A DNA stretch of 58,984 nt, filler included. It is 4 parts of 4 records of this genome, joined end to end, with 100 filler letters (N's around TTAATTAATTAA, not from the genome) between each part and the next. Parts side by side here need not be neighbours in the genome. Positions count along the whole stretch, not along the records: positions 40,589 to 47,588 come from DRR378314_2464; positions 47,689 to 58,984 come from DRR378314_2465; 2 more parts are not named here. One strand, 5' to 3'. The notes under the pieces are model-generated. The model was not told the DNA's origin. It searched no databases and saw only the letters and a list, made by a program, of their open reading frames with translations. Positions within the stretch are counted from its first letter, which is position 1. Each line of letters opens with the position of its first letter. The position numbers were made by a program, and so were the translations under genes. Shown one piece after another: positions 46,237 to 58,339 of the stretch.

Positions 46237-47588
46237 CGCGCGTTTATACTACGGCTCTGTTTAAATCAACGCAGAGAATGTGGATAAAATTCGGAAATGT
46301 TTACTTACTTCTTTTCCTGGCGATACCGCTGCTATGCGTTCGCTGAGCCGTTGCAACTGCGCGGACGCGCTCACGGGTGTCCAGCTGCAACAAAGCAAAC
46401 GATCCGGCGTGCGCGTTTGTCGCCGAGATGCTTCGACAGCGGTGCCTATTTATCCAGATTTCAGGTTCTGCCTGTATCCCCTGGAATTGTCTGTCGCAAA
46501 GTGGATTCCAAAGATTAAACGCCACAAGCGCGACAACACCACGTTCGCAAGGCGAAAAGCGCGACGTTTGCAGCGCCGTTCACCAGCGTCCCAGCATGCG
46601 GCAACAACCGGTTGGCTTGGTGATCACTATATAGTTGTAGGCAAAACGAAAATGAAAACAGAGAGATCAGTATTGATCATATAGTCCTCACATGCACTGT
46701 GGGAGACAGAAGTCGCTTCCATTGAGTGACAAAGGTTATGCTCTGTCGCGTCAATAATTATGTTGAAAAATGATTGTGTATATCAATATTGGTAAAGTAT
46801 GCAGCAAGCGCGAGCTCGTTGGCGTTCTCAGGAAATGCGGCGGTGAAGCAGCTGTGGGAGCACGACGACGGTCGCTTCCTGGACCCAGCGCGCTCTGAAT
46901 CGTAAACTCTGGGAGGTAAAAGAGAGCGATGGATACCTTCTTCTCGGTGTGGACTTCCTCGATATGACCACTCCTTCGCATGGCAGTAGACTGTGTGAAT
47001 GATGAAGAGCAAATGGCGATCAAGTCCTTGCTGAACTTCTCGATGTGAACTGTTCACTTGTATTCACACGCTCTGTGTTCCTTGGCAGTGGTATTTCTCT
47101 TGGTGGTAAGAGAACGTATTCCTTTCTCCTGTCCGTGGGTTACGCTGCGAAACTTGTCACGCTTATGACCGGTTTTGCTACAACTACCAACGATCTCTGT
47201 GGTGTATTGGGATATTGATGAGATGCCTGCGTCCTGTGGCAAGTTAAACATGTGCGTCGGTGGACGTATCATGACGCGTTTGTCGTCAGCTTCGCAGGGC
47301 TCTGCACTCTTTGACAGTTCTTTGATTCCCAGCCGTTGGCAATTCCTTCTCGCAATCTTTCGCGTATCTGCCCCTTATGCGGGAAAATCCAGTCTGAAGC
47401 ATTCATGAGACTTAGGTTTGTCAAATCTGGCGGCAAAGAGACGAGAGACGCTGTAGAAGAGCCATGTCCTCATCTGTATCGAATATGATGCTGCTCTAGT
47501 TTTGCCAGTCACGCCAAGTCGATTCTCCACCTACCAGCGGTGGCAGTGCTCATGGCTCTTTTCGTTCTCGGTTGCTTCCTTCTCCTTG

Positions 47589-47688
47589 NNNNNNNNNNNN
47601 NNNNNNNNNNNNNNNNNNNNNNNNNNNNNNNNTTAATTAATTAANNNNNNNNNNNNNNNNNNNNNNNNNNNNNNNNNNNNNNNNNNNN
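47589..47688. other. Artificial contig linker
   Basis: N44-TTAATTAATTAA-N44. Confidence 0.98.
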
Positions 47689-49090
47689 CATGAGCGAGTC
47701 TGGCAACAGACGGAACACCCTCTCGCTGTGGCCGTTGAGCTTGCCTGCCTGTTGGGAGGCACGCAGTTGGCTGTGCAAAGCGAATTCAGAAGAAAGGAAG
47801 CTTCCCCATCCTCTTGCGCAATTCCTATGAGCAGAATACCTCTTCACCAGGATGCAAAGAAAGATACACGTCACGCATGCGCTTTGATCGGGATAGGAAG
47901 CGGCACGATGCACATCCTCCTCAGAAATGAGCTTCTGAAGCTAGAGAGACGTTTCGTCGTTCAGGTTGCACGCACCTTTTCCTATTGGCGCACCCAACTC
48001 GACGCCGGAGAGGCTACACCTCCCACTACCATCCAAGTGCTCTTGGAAGCAAGCGGTGCACTAATTATAGCTAAAAGGAAACAAATCGTTAGCTCTTGTG
48101 CTGTTCGCAACGTAGGAAAGCTACATCTTGTAACAAGGCAGCCGAAACCCAAGCTTGCGAGCGTGGCTCTGCGACGGTGCACACAGAGGGACGGAAGAGC
48201 CAACTCATGCTACAGTCGCAGCCCAGAACCGCAGCGGATTACGATTGTCGAGAATAGCGACAGTGCAATGCGAGCACACTGCGTGCGTGAGAATTCGAAT
48301 TTGTTAGGTGCGGCTGATTCTTCTTCTTTTTTTTTTCTTTTTTTTTGCGGAGGGGTTGTGCTGGCATTGTACGAGCAAAGTTGCACGCTTAGCACGTCAA
48401 GGGCAGCTGGTTTCCGGCGGGCGCGACTTGTGTCCGAACACGAGCTGCAACATCGCATGGACAGGCATGCGCAGAAAAGGAAATGCGCAGCAATACTTTA
48501 TTGCTGGTACCAGTAGCACCACTACGATGCGATTCTGATCGTGTGCACACACATTCACACCAAGAATCCATACACACGCCAAAGCGCGAGCGTTGTCGGA
48601 TTCCCGATAGATGCATACTATTGGTCCTCACAACTGCGCAGTTGTTGTTTCAGTGCTCGTCTCCCTGTTTGGTGGATCAATTCTGATTCCGGCGAAGGAG
48701 CGCAACTGCATGAATCAAGAGTGCGATCATTCGACGTTGGGAAGCCCTCTCGATCGGTGGTCGATCCACACGTTGCCGCGCACACCGACCCACATCCACT
48801 CACACACACCGCTCCGTCCACACATCGCTCGCCGAGCGACAGTACGACGAATATCCTGCGCGTCAGCTGTCCACTGTAACATCCGATGCTTACAGTATTG
48901 TGGCGCAAGGATTCCACGACTGCCGCGCGGCCACAAGTAATCAATGACCCACACACACAAAGTAAAAGGGAGAACAGGAGGGAACGAGAGCGAGCGAGCG
49001 AGAGAGAGCTCGGCTCGCTGGGACGGTCGAGTACGATCACGCGACGACGAGGAAATACGGCTCTCTCTCTTTTTCTCTCTCTCTCTCTGA

Positions 49091-51581
49091 TTACGCGGTA
49101 CAGCCGCGGTAGTGATTTCCTGTACATCCACGGTTGCACGAAGGATAGTGCTTGTCCGTGCAGTGCGTATGGCAGTGCCGCCCATGCGACATGCAAGCGT
49201 GGTAGTTGCATCTCCTCTCGTGGTGGCACGTTTCTCCCACTTTCTCCGTGGTGCAATGGTGTCCGCACTCGACGTGGCGACTCCGCCAATGACGACGAAT
49301 GCACTGGTGCCGGCACACTCGCTGGTACTGTGGATAGCAAACGCGGTGGTGCGGACACTGGTAGAGGTGACACTCGCATGTGTGAACGCAGTCTCTCCGC
49401 ATGCACGGTGAGTGTCCGAATCCCGCGCAGTGCTGGAAAAACGAGGAGAAGCACTTGGTTTGGTCGGTACCGGTTGTTGCGCCGGTGGAGCTGCCAAGAG
49501 AGGACATTCCCTCCGACGTCGAGGTATCGCTGCTGCTGGACTCATCTGCCACATCGTTATCGCCATCGTCTTGATCAGCTTCGCCAGAAGCGAGCTCACT
49601 CGTCAGATCTTCGTCGCCTTGGATCGATTCCGAGGCACTACCAGCACTGGATGCGTGAGCGTCGGCACGGTCGTCGAGATTCACGTCATTTCTCACGTTC
49701 TCGGAGTCCGCCGATTTCACAAAAGCTGCATATTCAAAAACGCGATGAACGTCAGGAGTATAACGGAAGGGGGGAAACGTCATCACTATGCTTTTTATCC
49801 ATGACAAAGCTGCCAGGCGGTGCTTTTGTGCGCAGGGCGTACTAGAGAGTGTGTGCGTGCAGCGTGCTGGGTCGCACGCAGGGGTAACGGAAGAGAAATT
49901 CCGCAGCGCGCTCTACCACGACGCCACGACAGCGGCTGTACAGTGACGGTTACGGCGCTGCCAGTTCCCAATCGCTACTTTCGTATAGGGTGTCTTGAAG
50001 AACGCGGTGGATGCTGGAATGCGTGACCTGGTGGAGTATGCGAAGTACTACTCTTGCAAAGCGAACAGCGCGCCGTCCGTTACAGCGAGACCCAGCCAGC
50101 ACCTACGCGACACGTACGCGTTCGCCTCGGAACAAACCCGTTGGAAACCATCACAACTCCGCCGCCGTCACTCCATCATTCCTACCAGACATGTATCCGC
50201 TTGGTGCTTTCTTGCGCACGTTTGGCGCTCCCATGGAAGCACGTTTCACTTGTTCTGTGTCGCTGTTGGTGGAGGTGAGCGCACATATAGTGTGACAGCG
50301 TAGGCGGAAGCAGTGCCAGAAAATACGCACTCGCCGCAATTCGCCACCCCGCAGCAGCGGAAGCGACACGCCATGTGCACGTTGCATTGCCGGGGATCGC
50401 CTAACCACCGCCCTGCCACTGGGCACAGGTGCGAGTAACGTGCGCGCGCCTCTATTTTCGCGCTGCACGATTCTGGGGATCGAGAACGTCTCGCCGTCGA
50501 GCTTTTTCGCGTACTTGTTTGCTACGAGTGCACATCACAGCTGCACTACGAGCGTATCCAGCGGCGAGGCGAATGCGGTGCTGGAGCGAGTACGAGCGAG
50601 CGCCTCCTTCCCCGCGTCCCCGCGTTCCTTTCTGGGGCCCCCGTTGCGGCGGCGCGCACCTGCGCGTGGGCCAGCGCACGCCAGCCGCCGCGACACGCGA
50701 CAACCAGGCGGGCCCACGGCAGACGTGGTCCGCTACCATCACCCGCACACGCGCAGGCAGCGTGCGCGACCGCTGTTCCCGCGGAAGCTGCTGCATCGTA
50801 TATGCAATCAATCACACGTGCACTGGCTAGTTTTCGCATGTGGCGAGGTCGCGGCGGCATCCTCGGGGCAGTATGGCGCTGCAGCACGTTTGGGGCGGAA
50901 GGGTGCGACTTGGCCTTCGTTCCAAGCCGCACAGGCACGCGCAAGTGCACGCCGCACTGCCACGTGCCTTCCTATTCGTTGCGAGTCCTCAGTTTGCGAC
51001 GCAAGGTGAGGAGAGACACTTCGCTTGCAGCCGAGGAGGCGCGAACAGCAAGGAGCAACGGGCACTGCTTCCTCGCGCGCTGTCGCAAGGAACCTCGCGT
51101 TTAGTATGAGAGTCGAAGCTACCACCAAAACGGTAGAGAAAGCACTACAGTAGGCGGGAGATTGCGTCGCTGCGGTAACAGGTGTCGGCGGTGGCGGGAT
51201 AGCCGTTGGACACCTCGCGGCGCCGCCTCGTCGTTTCCGTTGCGGCGCGCTGGCGTGACGGACACCGGTGCGGCGCGCGGAACGTACAAGGCTCGCGCAC
51301 ACGCAGCAAACGCCAACTCCCTTTGCGCGGTGCGTGCCAACACTCCCACGCAGCGATCACCCCCAAGCCACTACAACGACCTCTTGCTCCTCATGCCCAA
51401 TCATAGAACCGTACGGAAAGCGTGAAACTACAGAGCAAGCACAGGAATCCAACCTGCTGCGGCAAGCGCGCGTTACAGGAAAGGGAAGCAGCGTCGCACC
51501 TGTTTCGCCGTTGTCTGCGGAAAGCCGTTCGGCAAACACACTAAGGCACAGCACGAGGAGAGCTGTCGCCGCGAGTTTCAT
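49091..51581 (-). CDS. Putative secreted protein with acidic linker and Cys/His-rich C-terminal domain
   Basis: Exon 51581-51500 encodes signal peptide MKLAATALLVLCLSVFAERLSA with phase-1 donor GTGCGA; phase-1 acceptor at 49725 opens AFVKSADSEN.. to TAA at 49091. Joining of the two exons is inferred. Confidence 0.55.
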
Positions 51582-53215
51582 GGTGCCGTTCCTTTTCTGG
51601 TCTGGTCTAGCAGTCACACGCTGGTTTGTCGCTGGAGGATAGTTCTTCTGTTGCCAGCGGCGACAGGCGCTCGCTCGCTCGCCGTGCGGTCGTGCTTCGA
51701 GCAGGGAGGGAAACACACTAGGGTTCGCGAAATTTCACGTTTCTGCGTGGGTCCTCGACACAGACAATGTGGGGAAAGCGAGCGCGAACGATGCATGCGA
51801 CATGGTACGGCCCAGTATATAATCAGTTACACTAAATTATAATTCCATGTATATAGGGTTGAGGTAATATCGCGATGCACCTGCGTCCCGAACCATGCGG
51901 CGCACCACGCTCTATCCTGTGAACGTCTTCTGGTGGTCGGGTTCCTTGTTGATCTGTGTGTGCTGCCGAGGAATATGCGAGCGCGTTCTCTTCGCTGCGA
52001 ATCCAACTTTGGGCTCATTGTGGGTGAATTGTCGGAGTATTGTAGGTTGATGCACAGAGAGCGCTTACTGCGTGGTGGTTCGGCAGATGGTGCGTCGGGT
52101 GCGCCGAGCGCCTCCTCCCGCAGCACTTCCAAGCGGCGTCATAGGGCCTGGTAGGTGCAGCCAACAGCGATACGGCGCGCGGAGAGGGAAAAAAAAAGGG
52201 AAGGACCAGAGCACGCTCCGCATCCTGCATTTCCAATCTTCACTTGTTGATTCGATAAGCACCGTGCTTTTCGTGCAGCACGCGCGGAGGGTACAGCGTA
52301 TGCCTTGACGCGGAGAGAGGGCGCGCCACCGTCCTTTCACCGCGCTGATCGTGCGTTGGGGCGATACCCTTTTCCGATCCCACGCGTGGCCACGTAGTAA
52401 CGTGCGGGTTGTCAGACTGCAGGGAAACTCTATTTATTCCATGCACATTTCAAGATACAAGGAAAACGGGCAGGTCAGAATAGTGTACGCAGGTTCCAAA
52501 ATCATACCATCGAGTTCGGAACACGCAGCCTTTGCGTTCCGGACTCGTGCCCCGGCCACTTGCACCTTTCTTCGCGAAACCGAGGGCAAGTAAAAGACGC
52601 ATGCACTGCGTACGTGCGAGCACAACAAAAGGACATCGATGGCGTCGCTGCTGTACGCTTATATTACATGTATATAAATAACGTACGGTATTGATCGTGA
52701 ACGATTCGAGGGAGTACAAAATTCGGTGTGTAACGGTAAGGGCAACGGACGTACACACAGCGCCGTCGTGCGGTCGGAGACGCGGACTCCGCCTGACAAC
52801 CGGTACTCGCCGGACCTACTCCATGGAATATACAATCACCTCTTCTCCACACAACCAATCGCCGCGCTCACACAATCATATTCGTAACTGTATCATTCTT
52901 CCTGCAATAAAATGTATTCTTCGCTCCAACATTGAGCATATTCGCTGAGCAGCTGCCCAACGTCCTACCTGTAACCGTCAAGGCGCTCGACGCCGTGCTC
53001 CGCACCAGCTCCAAGTAAGCCCACGGAACACACCCTAACCTCCCATCACCCAGTCTTGCCACCGTACCGCAACACAATCATCTATCGATCATCATTCTAC
53101 GTATAGAATTGGAGAAACGCAAAAGTACCAGATCGTACGCCTCGATGGCGCATTCGATGATTGTAGCGTGGAAACGGCATCCGTGTCCTGCAAGTCACCG
53201 CTCTTACCGCCCACG

Positions 53216-56200
53216 CTACAAACGCTCCTCTACACTCCCCTGGTCGGTACATGAGGAATCCACCGTACCCATGAACGGCTCCCCAAGGACATGTGCACGA
53301 CGGAGTTCGGTGTGTTTGACGCCGTCTCTGCCTAACGCTGCGCTTCTACGTCGTAAATAACGGAGTATCCATGGGAAACGATCTGCGAGGAAGATCCCGA
53401 GCGGAACGACAGCGAGGACCGCTTGCCCGGTGAAGAACTGCTCCGCAACTTCGTGGAGTGGACCTTCCGGAACGAATCCGGCAACCATGTACGAAGCACC
53501 ACGTACATTCATCAGCGCGATAACCGACAGAATACCCAGCGAGCAGGACTCGAACAGGTTGACGAAACGAGTACGGAACGGTTGCACCGCGACATGAGCG
53601 AGCAAGGCAGCCACGCAGAGTATGACCAACACAATCTGCCGCACCATCACATCAGACACAAACACGTACACCGACACAATCAATAGTCGTCGTACTAACG
53701 ATACCGCCTCCCAATACCACATGTTTGTTCGGTAAGGCACTTCGAGAGCGACATAGAGTGCATCGGAAGCGAGACGAAGGGTTCGTCGCCGCCACTGCCA
53801 CCAGACCATCACCAACGGAGCTACGTATAGTAGCGTAACGATAACAAAGAGGAATCCCTGCCACGGTTGAAAGCACCGTATATTCGCATCCAAGAATAAT
53901 CGCTTCTCTCCTTGTACATGTACGCAGTGGAGAAGTGAAAACGTGTTCTCCAAGGTTGTCGTATAAGCAAGAACCGCTATCGACAGTGCGGCGATGAGGA
54001 ACCGACGACGTCGACTCACGGTATAATGATGTCCGTTACGCGCGTAGATGGCACGATCAACCGCTAAAAGCCCCGCAAGTGCGCCAAAAATCACTAGCGG
54101 TACCGTTAGATGGAGGAGACGGTTTCCAACGGCAGTTAATCCCTGTACCGGACATATTCCAACGGTTTCTGAGGAAGAGGTGGACACTGTGCTACGATGC
54201 GGCTGCACCGGAACGCGTAAATTAAACACAGCAGCAAGAGATTTCTCCCACAGATCCGTCTCTGTGGTCTCTACGAGCAGTAATGCGAGAATCTGGTAAA
54301 AGTATGTGACTACTGACAGTTTACCCGTAGATGACGAGGAAGGCAGGACCAGATACGCTAGCGCCACGATGATTGCGAACAGGATTGCTACCGGAAAGAA
54401 GTACGTCCCACCACACGTGTGATTGGGAGCACACGCAGGGGAAGAATACATTTGGGAATAGCCGCTCGCACAACTACCGCACAGCACTCCCGCACGATCG
54501 TTGGCGCAATCATCGTACGTGGAGCACGCCGACGGTCCAGGGCAACAGTAGCCGGAGGGGCACGGATACATCTCCACGCGCGACTGTTCCACACCGACCG
54601 TTACCGCACTTTCCCCGCGAAACAACGACCCTGATCGGGAGAGCGGTCCACAGACACCGTTGGAACCACATTCGCCTTCTCGTCGATACTTCCGGCAATG
54701 CGTCGGCTCTACGGAGGTTTTATGGGCGTTTTCAGGGGTAGAGGGAACAGTGTGGCGCTGTACGCGGTTGACCGGTAGTGTGTGTAACGGATCCGTTGCA
54801 GCACTGCCGTCTGTCCCGGCAGTGTCATCAATGAAACCACGAGGCACACGTTCCTCGCTCTTCCGTCGATCTGCATTGCTGCAACAGTTACATACGTGTT
54901 CAACTGCCAACTTCTCCGTGCGGCACTGGCGATCCGATGGCGGGGTGCGGGCATGTAACGGACACTGCTCCTTTCTCCCGCACCTCGGCATACTTGTTCC
55001 CTGCTCGTCCGCACACCGATCGTGCAGCGCACTGCTGCGACACTGCACACCCACTGCACCGTTGCGCCGAACACATCCCGTACACAGAGCTCCTCCGTTG
55101 TCGTTAGACGCACGGGAATAACATGTATCACGGTCTTGGTCGCTCGTGTGCGCCGCAGGTATCGCACTTGCTTCATCTCGCCGCGATCCAGGACACCGAT
55201 GATCATCGCATTGCGCACACGCACGATCAACGCATTCCACACCACCGTTGTTTCGCGCGCCTACGACTTGCGCGGATACTGGAGTGGTTACGGTTACTCC
55301 CCAGAAACCAGGAAGAGCTCGCAGATTGTCTGCTCCCGTGGAAACGGAGCCGTAGGGAGCGGGAACACATGACACATCGGGATTCGACGATGAACCACGC
55401 GCCAGCGCATACGTTCCCACAGGACACGCAGTACACGAGATGTCAACGGCAATCGATACACAGCAAGTACGGTGAACTTGTGTCCATGGCGAGGAGAGTT
55501 CCGTATACGAGCTCTTCGATACAGAGTACGCGAATCCGGGAGCGCAGGTGAAGGAACTCGAGGAGACCGATACATTGGTGGAGCTCGATGCGGAGAGTAA
55601 CGGTCCCGACGCGGCATGTGATCCAATTATTTGCGATGATTCCACCACGAGTTCCGCGTTGCTCTGGAACGCAATCGCCGTGCCGCCGGCAACAAACTCG
55701 GTAGTCGATGAACCGCTATCACGCTGCAATCCGCTCCACTGCCCAGCGTGTACACCAACGGGCGAACCGACACGGAGACCACGAGGAACACGCAACAACC
55801 GGAACACCGCATGCTGCGACCTCGAAAACGCCGTGGAGTGCCCATGAAGCCTGTTTTTCCTCAGCAGAGGCGTATCGGTACGTTGTTGTCCCACGTGGCG
55901 CATTGGACGAGGAGGTCGATGCATCGCAGTCGACACTGCGGCGTCCGCATAACGGACAGACTCGTGCGTGCGGGGTAACGGATGTCGGGAAGTTGCGCTA
56001 CGCAGTGATCCTTTGCGTAGCTCCTGACTCGAAGCCTCTCGATATCTATCCAATGCCTTGTCCTTTTGGATAGATGGTAACGCATTTTCGCTACTATGTA
56101 ACTGATGTCCATTCGATCGCATCAGAGGCTGTTGTTGAGGTTCAACCGTTGGCTGTGATGCGGAGCGCTGGTCGATGAACGAGTGGGAAAGGGTAACGGT

Positions 56201-58339
56201 TGCCGTCCCGCCAGCGAAGAGAGCTCCGCCAGATCCACTGGCCACGCTCCCGACGGCGGTTACATTGGACACATATACCATACCGTTATATACAGCAAGG
56301 CCAGCCCCGAACACGGCCGTTGCATTTTGCACAAGCACATTAGCAACGGTAACGTGACACGGATGGGTCCATAGCCGTTGCAGTTGTGATTCAAGAAGTG
56401 GCAGAACGACAGGTATATCAGCCGCGCACAACACTCGTATAGCTCCGCCATAGCTGGAAGGATCCGTTAAGTAAGAATTCTCAACCGTTATATTCTCAAT
56501 CGTAATAGCCATCGAATGTGACAATGCCGTAGCATCTAACAGAGAAACGGTTATTGCTCCACCGGAGGTTCCTGCGTGCGTGCTCAAGAACCGCGCGCCT
56601 CTGCGAATCCCGACCGTTACATTCGTAAGTTGACGAGTGTCCGATCTTACGTAAACGGCTCCTCCCTCAAAGGCCGCCCGAGTCCGCGCAAACACAATAT
56701 TGCCCTCTATAGCAACATCAGTATTATATACATCGTTTCCGTACGAAATCGATATTGCCCCGCCGACTTGCGCTGCGTACGTGTCGAAAAAGCCAAGATC
56801 GCCCGTTATTCGGATCGAACTGTCAACGGCTTGGTCCTGGTAAAAGACGCTGATCGAACCTCCGGAGAAAGCCGTTTCTGTACTTTCAAAGCGATGACTA
56901 CCGCATACTGTAACGGAGGTATTACGGGAGAATTCGTTGAAGAAAATCGCAATCGCACCGCCTGTGGCAGTCGATTGGGTAAACATGAACCGTGAGCTTC
57001 CGCTGACCTCGACATGCGCATTTTGCGTTTTTCCAGCCATGAATAGTGCTACAGCTCCTCCGGACTCGTTCGCATACACATTAAAGAATGAGTGTTCGCC
57101 GGAAAGCGAGAGCGATGTCGCCGTTACCGTCCCACCAAGATTCACATACACCGCTCCTCCGGCGCCGAATACGCTCTGGACGTGGGAAAACGAGATGGCA
57201 CCTGCGATGCTGACTTCCATTCCTAACGACGAAGCGAGAGAAAAGATTGCCACTGCTCCACCGTGATTCCCAGATTGCGTATATTCAAACGAGTGAGCAC
57301 CCTGTAGCGACATGGATGAGTTCGTTCCGTTACCTTCGAGCACGACTACAATGGCACCACCAAACGTCAGTGCCGTTGCATCACGAAACGAGTGCGACCC
57401 CGTAACGGCAACGTGCGAACGGATAAGCGCCCCGTGCATTCCAATTGCAATGGCTCCTCCGGACAAGTACGAGCTCACTCCGTTGAACGAATGATTTCCC
57501 GACACGTACACGAAGGAATCCGTTACTGTATCGCCGAAAGCGAGGTAGATCGCCCCTCCTGTCCCCTGCGCTCCGACGGAAGTGAACGAGAGCGATCCAC
57601 CAACGTCGCACGTTGTGTTTACCACGGGTGCAAAGAAGGCAACCGCCAGAGCTCCTCCCTCAGCACCAGCAGTTACATCGCGTACTGTACCGTTGCCGCC
57701 GATTGCAATGTGCGAATGTCTCGTGGGGGATTGGAACTCGACCGCTACAGCTCCGCCAGCGCCTGCTGGAGCACCGGCAGTTACGCGGTAGAAGCTGTTG
57801 TCCGTTACAACCACACGTGCGGCCGAAACTTCGTTTTCGTACAGAAGATGAATCGCTCCCCCGTTCCCCATAGCAGCTGCATCATAAACGACACAATCCG
57901 TTATGGACACGTGGGGCGTATTGGTAACGTCTATGCATCCGCCGGCAGCTGCTGAAGAGCAGTTACGGAACGACAGTGAAGCTACAGAAAAGACGGTGCG
58001 CGCAGCACCTCGCACCACAAGCGCCTGCGACTGACCGTTACAGTCAAACAGCGGTCGATCCTGCGTAGACGGGAGACCTTGAATTGCCAACGATACGTTG
58101 ATCTGCCATGGAGTACATGGATATGGAGTGTTACTCGCAACGACGTATACCGTTCCGTTTTCGATGGCATTTCCCTTTTGTAGCACGCCGCGGAGGGAAG
58201 CGCACGCGTTCCCCCCTCGCGCACTCCCGCATGACGGCGTATCCGCTCCCGCTGTATCCACATACCACACAGAACCTCCACACACCAACGTAATCTCCAC
58301 AATCACCAGCATAACAACGTATTGGAGTGTCAGTGACAT
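53216..58339 (-). CDS. Large intronless surface protein: signal peptide, GGA(I/V) parallel beta-helix (Pmp-like) repeats, Cys-rich TNFR-like segment, about 7-8 TM helices
   Basis: 5.1-kb open frame; likely start MSLTLQYVV; about 15 GGA(I/V/L) repeats; CTACPVGTY, CPSGYCC, NDRAGVLCGSC; C-terminal PYRTNMWYWEAVSLVRRL and QPF..NLFE motifs. Confidence 0.85.
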   Translation of the reverse strand: MSLTLQYVVMLVIVEITLVCGGSVWYVDTAGADTPSCGSARGGNACASLRGVLQKGNAIENGTVYVVASNTPYPCTPWQINVSLAIQGLPSTQDRPLFDCNGQSQALVVRGAARTVFSVASLSFRNCSSAAAGGCIDVTNTPHVSITDCVVYDAAAMGNGGAIHLLYENEVSAARVVVTDNSFYRVTAGAPAGAGGAVAVEFQSPTRHSHIAIGGNGTVRDVTAGAEGGALAVAFFAPVVNTTCDVGGSLSFTSVGAQGTGGAIYLAFGDTVTDSFVYVSGNHSFNGVSSYLSGGAIAIGMHGALIRSHVAVTGSHSFRDATALTFGGAIVVVLEGNGTNSSMSLQGAHSFEYTQSGNHGGAVAIFSLASSLGMEVSIAGAISFSHVQSVFGAGGAVYVNLGGTVTATSLSLSGEHSFFNVYANESGGAVALFMAGKTQNAHVEVSGSSRFMFTQSTATGGAIAIFFNEFSRNTSVTVCGSHRFESTETAFSGGSISVFYQDQAVDSSIRITGDLGFFDTYAAQVGGAISISYGNDVYNTDVAIEGNIVFARTRAAFEGGAVYVRSDTRQLTNVTVGIRRGARFLSTHAGTSGGAITVSLLDATALSHSMAITIENITVENSYLTDPSSYGGAIRVLCAADIPVVLPLLESQLQRLWTHPCHVTVANVLVQNATAVFGAGLAVYNGMVYVSNVTAVGSVASGSGGALFAGGTATVTLSHSFIDQRSASQPTVEPQQQPLMRSNGHQLHSSENALPSIQKDKALDRYREASSQELRKGSLRSATSRHPLPRTHESVRYADAAVSTAMHRPPRPMRHVGQQRTDTPLLRKNRLHGHSTAFSRSQHAVFRLLRVPRGLRVGSPVGVHAGQWSGLQRDSGSSTTEFVAGGTAIAFQSNAELVVESSQIIGSHAASGPLLSASSSTNVSVSSSSFTCAPGFAYSVSKSSYTELSSPWTQVHRTCCVSIAVDISCTACPVGTYALARGSSSNPDVSCVPAPYGSVSTGADNLRALPGFWGVTVTTPVSAQVVGARNNGGVECVDRACAQCDDHRCPGSRRDEASAIPAAHTSDQDRDTCYSRASNDNGGALCTGCVRRNGAVGVQCRSSALHDRCADEQGTSMPRCGRKEQCPLHARTPPSDRQCRTEKLAVEHVCNCCSNADRRKSEERVPRGFIDDTAGTDGSAATDPLHTLPVNRVQRHTVPSTPENAHKTSVEPTHCRKYRREGECGSNGVCGPLSRSGSLFRGESAVTVGVEQSRVEMYPCPSGYCCPGPSACSTYDDCANDRAGVLCGSCASGYSQMYSSPACAPNHTCGGTYFFPVAILFAIIVALAYLVLPSSSSTGKLSVVTYFYQILALLLVETTETDLWEKSLAAVFNLRVPVQPHRSTVSTSSSETVGICPVQGLTAVGNRLLHLTVPLVIFGALAGLLAVDRAIYARNGHHYTVSRRRRFLIAALSIAVLAYTTTLENTFSLLHCVHVQGEKRLFLDANIRCFQPWQGFLFVIVTLLYVAPLVMVWWQWRRRTLRLASDALYVALEVPYRTNMWYWEAVSLVRRLLIVSVYVFVSDVMVRQIVLVILCVAALLAHVAVQPFRTRFVNLFESCSLGILSVIALMNVRGASYMVAGFVPEGPLHEVAEQFFTGQAVLAVVPLGIFLADRFPWILRYLRRRSAALGRDGVKHTELRRAHVLGEPFMGTVDSSCTDQGSVEERL

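Noticed and set aside
47728..48516. 262-aa plus-strand ORF at the start of contig 4
   Set aside because: No recognisable motif, includes poly-T tracts; cannot support as coding
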